DNA from: Candidatus Altimarinota bacterium
GTDB lineage: Bacteria > Patescibacteriota > Gracilibacteria > CAIRYL01 > GCA-016699755
Direction of reading: 5' to 3'
Length of the DNA stretch: 64,000 nt
Assembly (NCBI GenBank): GCA_963664295.1
Contig: OY760935.1
Span: forward strand, 800,001-864,000
Made by a program: the position numbers and the translations under genes. The notes under the pieces were generated by a model. It searched no databases. It was not told where the DNA came from and was given only the letters and a program-made list of their open reading frames with translations. Positions 57,971 to 64,000 of the stretch are shown here, piece by piece. Positions within the stretch are counted from its first letter, which is position 1; each line of letters opens with the position of its first letter.

Positions 57971-59176
57971 ATGAATATAGAAAAAATAGACCGCTGGCTA
58001 CTTATTGTGTTTATTGGTCTCTTGATTTTTGGTGTTTTTATGATCAACTCAGTGAGCACCTATGAATCACTAATATTGATGATAAAATCAAAAGGATCAG
58101 ACTATTGCCTGCCTGAAAGCGGGAATAATTGTAATAATTTTTATTTTATTCGCCACATTAAGCATGTGCTCATGGCACTTCCTCTTTTTTTTCTTGCACT
58201 TTTTATCCCCATTCACTCTTATCGCAAAATAGCTCCTTTGTTATTTGTTATTTCGTTGGTTCTGCTTTTTGTTTTATTTATTGAAGGAGTTGGCTCAGAT
58301 TATGGTACTGCTCGTAGTTGGATAAATGTGCCAATTTTGCCTTCTATCCAGCCATCGGAAGTTATGAAGCTAGCAATTATTTTCTATTTGGCAATTTGGA
58401 TGGAAAAAAAGGAAAATGAAGTACGCACCTTTCAACAAGGCTTTTTACCTTTTGTAATTTTACTTTCTGTTTCTCTGCTTCCTCTTGCGCTTCAGCCAGA
58501 TTTTGGTTCAGTTTTGGTTATTGGACTAATTGCTGTAAGTATGTTTTTTGTAGCTGGAGGTAATATCTTACATATTATCACAGGAGGCACTATTGCCTCA
58601 CTTCTTGCTTGGCCAATTATTCTTTCACATACTTATATTCGTCAAAGGTTTTTGGCTTTTATAGACCCAGAAAATCCAGCCCTTCAGGATTTTGCTTATC
58701 ATATTAAACAATCTTTAATTACTATTGGCAGTGGAGGTGTTTATGGTGTTGGTTACAACGAAAGTGGACAAAAAAATGGCTGGCTACCAGAAATCCAATC
58801 AGATACTATTTTTGCGGCAGCCGCAGAAGAAATGGGTTTTATTCGAGTTATTTTTCTTGTTTTAGCTTTTTTTATTATTGCTTATAGGGGCTTTAGGGTT
58901 GCAGAACGAAGCAATGATCGTTTTTCCAAGCTTGTTGCTACTGGTATAACTGCCTGGATTGTTTTTCAGGCTTTAATAAATATTGCAGTGACCCTAAGCC
59001 TTATCCCGCCAACCGGCATTACCCTGCCTTTTATTTCTTATGGTGGCTCATCTCTCACAACAATAATGTTTGCATCAGGCATACTTCTGCATATTTCCAT
59101 GAACCAAGAAGGTTCAAAATTTTTCTATAAACGAAATAGAATAAAAAGATCAAACTATCGCCCAATGCGAAGATGA
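57971..59176 (+). CDS. ftsW: FtsW/RodA SEDS family peptidoglycan polymerase
   Basis: ARSW, IQPSEVMK, QPDFG, LPE..SD.IF...EE.G and P.TGITLPFISYGGSS. Lies directly upstream of murG. Confidence 0.88.
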   Translation: MNIEKIDRWLLIVFIGLLIFGVFMINSVSTYESLILMIKSKGSDYCLPESGNNCNNFYFIRHIKHVLMALPLFFLALFIPIHSYRKIAPLLFVISLVLLFVLFIEGVGSDYGTARSWINVPILPSIQPSEVMKLAIIFYLAIWMEKKENEVRTFQQGFLPFVILLSVSLLPLALQPDFGSVLVIGLIAVSMFFVAGGNILHIITGGTIASLLAWPIILSHTYIRQRFLAFIDPENPALQDFAYHIKQSLITIGSGGVYGVGYNESGQKNGWLPEIQSDTIFAAAAEEMGFIRVIFLVLAFFIIAYRGFRVAERSNDRFSKLVATGITAWIVFQALINIAVTLSLIPPTGITLPFISYGGSSLTTIMFASGILLHISMNQEGSKFFYKRNRIKRSNYRPMRR

Positions 59177-60213
59177 AAAAAGAAATTATCATTGTTGCTG
59201 GCGGTTCTGGAGGTCATATTACCCCTGCACTTGCTGTTGCTTCAGAATTTAATAAAAAAAATATTCTTTTTCTATGTTCAAAAAAAGCATTAGACCAAAA
59301 AATAATCTCCGAAGCAGGATATGAATACAAAAAAATGCTTTCCGGCAAGCTCCGAAGATACTTTTCTTGGCAAAATTTTATTGATTTTTTCTTATTTTTA
59401 GCTGGAATTTTTCAGTCTTTCTTTTTTTTGCTAATAAATCGGCCAAAAATCATTTTTTCCAAAGGTGGCTTTGTGTCTTTGCCTGTTGGCATTAGCGCCT
59501 GGATACTCCGAATTCCATTTATTCTCCATGAAAGCGACGCAAAAATGGGACTAGCCAATAAAATTCTTTCTCGGTTTGCAAAAAAAACCTTAACAGCAAT
59601 GCCAAGCAAAAAACACACTCATGCTGGCACGCCAATTCGTAAAGAAATATTAAGAGGAAAAAAAGATAAAGCACAAAAATTTTTAAATTTTAAAAACCCA
59701 AAAAAACCTCTTATTTTTATTATTGGCGGATCACAAGGAGCACTGGTAATCAATAAAAAAATAAAAAAAATCCAAAGAAAATTTGAAAAAATAGCTAATA
59801 TTGCTGTGCTTACAGGTCATGGCAAAAAAATATTCAAAAACTCAGATTCATTAAAAGCATTTGAATTTTTAAACAAAGAATATAGCCATGTTCTCACTTT
59901 ATCTGACTTAGTTATTTCTCGTGCTGGTGCAAACTCTATTGCTGAAATTTCTGCCACAAAAAAACCATGTATTTTAATTCCTCTACCAGGCTCTGCTAAT
60001 AATCACCAAGAAAAAAATGCAAAATTATTGGAACAAAAAAAAGCCTGTATTTATTTATCACAAAAAAATCTCAACGAACAAAAACTATTTAAAACAATAG
60101 AAAACCTATTAAAAAACAAACAAAAACAATTAGTTCTTAAAAAGAATATCTCAAAACTATTTAATCCTAATTCAAGCAAAAAAATTGCTGAAGAAATTAA
60201 AAAATTTCTTTAA
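59173..60213 (+). CDS. murG: Lipid II GlcNAc transferase
   Basis: GGSGGHITPA, KGGFVS.P, HESD, GGSQGA, SRAGA and HQEKNA. Confidence 0.95.
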   Translation: MKKEIIIVAGGSGGHITPALAVASEFNKKNILFLCSKKALDQKIISEAGYEYKKMLSGKLRRYFSWQNFIDFFLFLAGIFQSFFFLLINRPKIIFSKGGFVSLPVGISAWILRIPFILHESDAKMGLANKILSRFAKKTLTAMPSKKHTHAGTPIRKEILRGKKDKAQKFLNFKNPKKPLIFIIGGSQGALVINKKIKKIQRKFEKIANIAVLTGHGKKIFKNSDSLKAFEFLNKEYSHVLTLSDLVISRAGANSIAEISATKKPCILIPLPGSANNHQEKNAKLLEQKKACIYLSQKNLNEQKLFKTIENLLKNKQKQLVLKKNISKLFNPNSSKKIAEEIKKFL

Positions 60214-61071
60214 TTATTTATCTTTCTTACTGCTTACTGGAATTTTGTCAGTTTCGTTGATAATTAATGTTGGTGAAATGCCTTTTTCTGTAAGGATAAC
60301 TTTTGAGTTGTAGGTTAAGCTATCACGAGTCACTTCCCAGGCTTTTAGTTTTTGTGCTTTGTCCTTAAAGGTTTCTTCTGCTGCGGTATTTACTAAACGA
60401 ATTGCCTCTGCTTCACCATTAGCTCTTTCTATTTGTGATTGCTTATCTGCTTGTGCTTCAATTATTCTTGCTTCCGCAATCTGACGAGTTGCTTCTTTTT
60501 CTGCTGTTGCGGCTGTAATTCTTGCTTCTTTTTCTCTTTCTGCTGTCACAACTTTGTCCATAGCAGTTTGTACGTCCTGTGATGGGCGAACATCTTGAAG
60601 CTCAACACGCAAAATATCAATACCCCAAGCTTCTGTTTGTGAATCTAGTTCTGTCTCAATTTTTGCGTTAATTGTCTGCCTATTTGCATTTACTTCTGTA
60701 AAATCAAGCTCGCCAACAATAGAACGCAAAGTTGTCTGAGCAAGAGAAGGAATGGCAGTGTAATAATTATCAACATTATAAACTGCCTTCATAACATCTT
60801 TTATTTTAAAATAAACCACAGCATCAATACTAAGATTAAGATTATCTTTAGTAATCACTGTTTGTTTTGCAATATCTAAACGAATTTCTGTCACACGCAC
60901 TTTATACATCTTATCAACAAATGGAATAATCCACCTAAGACCTTGTTCTGTTGTGCGATTGTATTTACCAAATCTTTCAATAATCCCTTTTTCTATTGGT
61001 CGAATTACACGAAAACCAAACAAAACAAAAAGGAAAAAAATTGTTCCAATAGTGACAAAAGTACCTTCCAT
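60214..61071 (-). CDS. SPFH/band-7 family membrane protein
   Basis: ERFGKY, ITKDN, AQTTLRSIVG and WGI.I.RVELQDV.P. Confidence 0.92.
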   Translation of the reverse strand: MEGTFVTIGTIFFLFVLFGFRVIRPIEKGIIERFGKYNRTTEQGLRWIIPFVDKMYKVRVTEIRLDIAKQTVITKDNLNLSIDAVVYFKIKDVMKAVYNVDNYYTAIPSLAQTTLRSIVGELDFTEVNANRQTINAKIETELDSQTEAWGIDILRVELQDVRPSQDVQTAMDKVVTAEREKEARITAATAEKEATRQIAEARIIEAQADKQSQIERANGEAEAIRLVNTAAEETFKDKAQKLKAWEVTRDSLTYNSKVILTEKGISPTLIINETDKIPVSSKKDK

Positions 61072-61105
61072 ATTTTTAAAGAAAAATCATGCTCATAATA
61101 AGCAT

Positions 61106-61450
61106 TTATTCTTGCTTAAGCAAGCGCCTGTTTTGTAAAAGCTTAAAAAAACTTGGATCCTCTTCTTGAAAATTTTCAAAAGCCTGTCGCACGCTCTCCT
61201 GCGCTTCAACAATATCAAAAGCATTGCGTAAATTATCTCTATTTAATGGCAACCTAGCTCCTCTTTGATCAATAAAAATAGCATGACCATTGTTTGAGCC
61301 CATAAAAAAAGCCACTAAATTAAAAGATTGATTAAAACGAGACATTACAGCATATATTTTTCCTGGCTCCAGATCTTCTGGTGATAAATAACCAGATGTT
61401 TCTCTCATTTTCTTTATTGTGCTTTCTGGCAAATTAGGGGAATTATTCAT
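61106..61450 (-). CDS. Hypothetical protein
   Basis: 114-aa ORF filling the intergenic space. Confidence 0.6.
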   Translation of the reverse strand: MNNSPNLPESTIKKMRETSGYLSPEDLEPGKIYAVMSRFNQSFNLVAFFMGSNNGHAIFIDQRGARLPLNRDNLRNAFDIVEAQESVRQAFENFQEEDPSFFKLLQNRRLLKQE

Positions 61451-61501
61451 AAAGAATTTATTATTATTTTAGACCCCAGTTTAGCGAAAAAAATAAAGAA
61501 A

Positions 61502-62500
61502 TCAATCTAAAAATGGAACAATATCAGAAGCGATGTTTAGCATGTTATTAAGCCATTTATTAAGCTCATCAATATCTCTTTGATCAATTTCCACTTTACG
61601 AAAAAAATTGGTTTTCATTTTTTTCATCATTCTGCCTTTAAAAGCAAAAAGTGCAATATCGTCTTTAAATTGTAGAGTGAATGGCTTTTGCTCTCTTGCC
61701 ATTTGCAAAATGCGCACCTGAACAGAAGGAGAAAGAGTGCCTACTATGTCTAATTCCTTATCTGCCCTTTTGCCGTTATAGAAAAAAGCAAACTTGTCAT
61801 TAAACTCTGCTGACTCCATTTCAATTTCTTTTGAACCAAAAAAGTTTAAAAACTTCCGCCCTAATCCTTCTGGTTCAAGTCTAAAATCTGATTTTAATTT
61901 TTTGTTTAATTTAATGGCAACTATTGTGTTGTAATATGTTTTTTTACTTGATCTGCCTTTTGAATCTTTTGTTTTGGTGACATATGCAAACACGCCAGCA
62001 TAAAAAGACACTTTTTGTGTGCCCGAATCAAAATCTCCCCAAAACTCATCTTGCATATTTTGATCTTGATTTCCTTTGTAAAAAATTTCCGGATATTTTC
62101 TTTTAAACAATCTCCAACGACTAGGTTTTTCTGCTGGGGAATAAGTCCAGTTATTTGCCTTAGCAATCATCAGCTTTACAATATCTCTTTGGACTAAAAA
62201 TATTTTTCGTATATACCAAATCACAAACACAAAAGGCAAAACAACAACACCTGCGGCATTATCTAATTCTGCTAAAATTCGCAAAAAAGGCCCTAAGAAA
62301 AAAACAGAAATCCCCACTAAAAGAAAAACGGGTATAAAACACAAAAAAAGCTTAAAACGAATGCTGTTGGGATGCTTTTTATAAGCATTATATTTTTTAT
62401 TAAGCTCATTTAAATCTCTTTCAAATAAAGCTGGTCTTACATCTTCATCAATTGGATCCCATATTTTGCTTTTTTCTGCTTTTTTTACTGAATTTATCAT
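61502..62500 (-). CDS. Two-TM membrane protein with large soluble domain (DUF3137-like), paralog 1
   Basis: EIEMESAEFNDKF and LSPSVQVRI motifs. Clear homology to 62502-63704. Confidence 0.75.
   Translation of the reverse strand: MINSVKKAEKSKIWDPIDEDVRPALFERDLNELNKKYNAYKKHPNSIRFKLFLCFIPVFLLVGISVFFLGPFLRILAELDNAAGVVVLPFVFVIWYIRKIFLVQRDIVKLMIAKANNWTYSPAEKPSRWRLFKRKYPEIFYKGNQDQNMQDEFWGDFDSGTQKVSFYAGVFAYVTKTKDSKGRSSKKTYYNTIVAIKLNKKLKSDFRLEPEGLGRKFLNFFGSKEIEMESAEFNDKFAFFYNGKRADKELDIVGTLSPSVQVRILQMAREQKPFTLQFKDDIALFAFKGRMMKKMKTNFFRKVEIDQRDIDELNKWLNNMLNIASDIVPFLD
62353..62478. repeat. 126-bp identical repeat, copy 1 (copy 2 at 63344-63469)
   Basis: Base-by-base comparison shows identity. Confidence 0.9.
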
Positions 62501-62501
62501 C

Positions 62502-63704
62502 TTAATCTAAAAATGGAATAATTTCTGAGGCTATATTTAACATGTCATCAAACCTTTTTTTAATCTTATTAACATCTCGTTGGTCAACTTTCACCTTACG
62601 TAAAAAATTCGTCTTCATATAATCACTTTCTGTAGGCTTAAACGCAAAAAGCACCATGTCTTCTTTAAATTGAATAACAGTTGGCTTTTGTCTTTTAATT
62701 ATTTGTATAATACGAACTTGCACAGATGGCGAAAGAGTCATAAAAATATCCAACTCCTTATCTGCCCTTTTGCCATTATAAAAAATATCAAATCTATCAC
62801 TAAGGAAAGCTGATTCTGTTTCAATTTCCTTTGGTCTTTCTTTGTAAAAATTATATCTTGATTCAAGACGAAAATCTGACCTTAATTTTTTATCAAGCTT
62901 AATGATAAATATTTCTTGATAAACCTTTTCTCGAGTTATTAATGATCGCACCATTGTTAAATCACTTACAAATGTAAAAGTACTCATATAAAAAAACCTT
63001 TTTTGTGTTCCATGCCTAAAAATTCCCCAAAATTCATCTTGTATACTTCGATTTTTAGTGCCTGCATTAAATATTTCTGGAAATTTTTTCTTAAATAATT
63101 TCCAGCGACTAAGCTTTTCTTTGGGTGAATATGTCCAATTGTTTTCCTTGGCTATCATTAATTTTGCAAGGTCTTTCTGTGTTGCAGAAATTCTTTGCTT
63201 ATAGCAAACAGATGGTATAAACGGTATTAATAACAAAAACAACCATCCTCTATCTTGTTTATCAAAAAAATTAAAATCATTATTTATTCCATAAAGAACC
63301 ATAGGAACAAGGGCTATCAAGGGAATAAGTGACAAGAAAAAAATAAAACGAATGCTGTTGGGATGCTTTTTATAAGCATTATATTTTTTATTAAGCTCAT
63401 TTAAATCTCTTTCAAATAAAGCTGGTCTTACATCTTCATCAATTGGATCCCATATTTTGCTTTTTTCTGAAGATATTTTTTGTTCTTTTTTGTATAAATC
63501 GGTTTTTTTTCGCAAAAAATCTTTAATTAAAGGAATAAAAGCAACAGGTAAATTTTCATTCATAAATTCTTCCATTATTGCTACTATTTCTTCTTTTTTT
63601 GCACCTGCAGAAATGGCGTCATTAAAAACTTCTTCAGGTTTTTTGCCTTTTTTTAATTCTTGAAGTGCAATTTCTTTAACTTGTTTTTTTAATTCTGGTT
63701 TCAT
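62502..63704 (-). CDS. Two-TM membrane protein (DUF3137-like), paralog 2 with extra N-terminal helical domain
   Basis: Shares NNWTYSP, QDEFWG, YNGKRADKELDI, LSPSVQVRI and I.PFLD with paralog 1. ATG at 63704. Confidence 0.75.
   Translation of the reverse strand: MKPELKKQVKEIALQELKKGKKPEEVFNDAISAGAKKEEIVAIMEEFMNENLPVAFIPLIKDFLRKKTDLYKKEQKISSEKSKIWDPIDEDVRPALFERDLNELNKKYNAYKKHPNSIRFIFFLSLIPLIALVPMVLYGINNDFNFFDKQDRGWLFLLLIPFIPSVCYKQRISATQKDLAKLMIAKENNWTYSPKEKLSRWKLFKKKFPEIFNAGTKNRSIQDEFWGIFRHGTQKRFFYMSTFTFVSDLTMVRSLITREKVYQEIFIIKLDKKLRSDFRLESRYNFYKERPKEIETESAFLSDRFDIFYNGKRADKELDIFMTLSPSVQVRIIQIIKRQKPTVIQFKEDMVLFAFKPTESDYMKTNFLRKVKVDQRDVNKIKKRFDDMLNIASEIIPFLD
63344..63469. repeat. 126-bp identical repeat, copy 2
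   Basis: Identical to 62353-62478. Confidence 0.9.
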
Positions 63705-63763
63705 TATCTTTACTTTACAAAAAAAGCCCAGGCCATACAATAAATAAGTATTTTTTAATAAAA

Positions 63764-64000
63764 ATGAATGAATTAATTTTCTTTTCTTTGCTAATTTTCC
63801 TGGCAAGCACGCTTTTAATTGCCTTGAAAGCTGGTAAAATTTATGTTTTTGCGGTTATTGCAATACTTTCTGTTTTATTGAATGTTTTTGTCTTAAAACC
63901 TTTTACAATTTTTGGCTTAACAACATATGGGGGCAATGTAATGTATGGTTGTATTTTTTTTGCTACCGACCTTCTAGCGGAGCATTATTCAAAAAAAGAA
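63764..64000 (+). CDS. Queuosine precursor transporter (YhhQ/VUT family), 5' part
   Basis: Manual translation: MNELIFLSLL...LLNVFVLKPFTIFGLTTYGGNVMYGCIFFATDLLAEHYSKKE. Runs off the window. Confidence 0.8.
   Translation, partial: MNELIFFSLLIFLASTLLIALKAGKIYVFAVIAILSVLLNVFVLKPFTIFGLTTYGGNVMYGCIFFATDLLAEHYSKKE

Noticed and set aside
62353-63469. Diversity-generating retroelement TR/VR pair
   Set aside because: The copies are identical with no adenine-specific mismatches, both are coding, and no reverse transcriptase is in the window.
63705-63763. preQ1 riboswitch upstream of the YhhQ-like gene
   Set aside because: The 59-nt gap holds promoter-like TTTACA...TACAAT and no recognisable preQ1 stem or GTTC/ACCC-type core.

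Overview
AT-rich bacterial chromosomal window read in genetic code 11 (TGA is a true stop, shown by several ATGA stop/start overlaps). The gene content points to a Patescibacteria/CPR genome, probably Peregrinibacteria-like, although this taxonomy is inferred. The supporting features are VirB2/TrbC-type pilin domains, giant PKD and DUF11 surface proteins, LPxTG-type tails, a membrane-anchored ClpA/B-like ATPase and an aminoacyl-tRNA synthetase with a domain insertion. The window holds housekeeping and biosynthetic genes (ispDF, ispE, hom, murC, leuS, secF, nadB, nadE, aroC, gpmA, dus, ftsW, murG), three tRNAs (Arg-TCG, Ala-GGC, Met-CAT), two small tRNA-adjacent accessory islets and five large surface or secreted proteins. 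I found no CRISPR array, integrase, transposase or reverse transcriptase. The most notable observations are: a complete RBBP9/YdeN serine hydrolase inserted in LeuRS; a pilin / pilin-PKD / PKD-anchor operon with unusual repeats; a 1.5-kaa orphan protein with a beta-barrel-like core; att-like repeats with a coding signature around a peroxiredoxin at tRNA-Met; promoters with C/G at position -12; an MGMT-2H phosphoesterase fusion; a tail-less ArfB; and a 126-bp identical tract shared by two diverged tandem paralogs.
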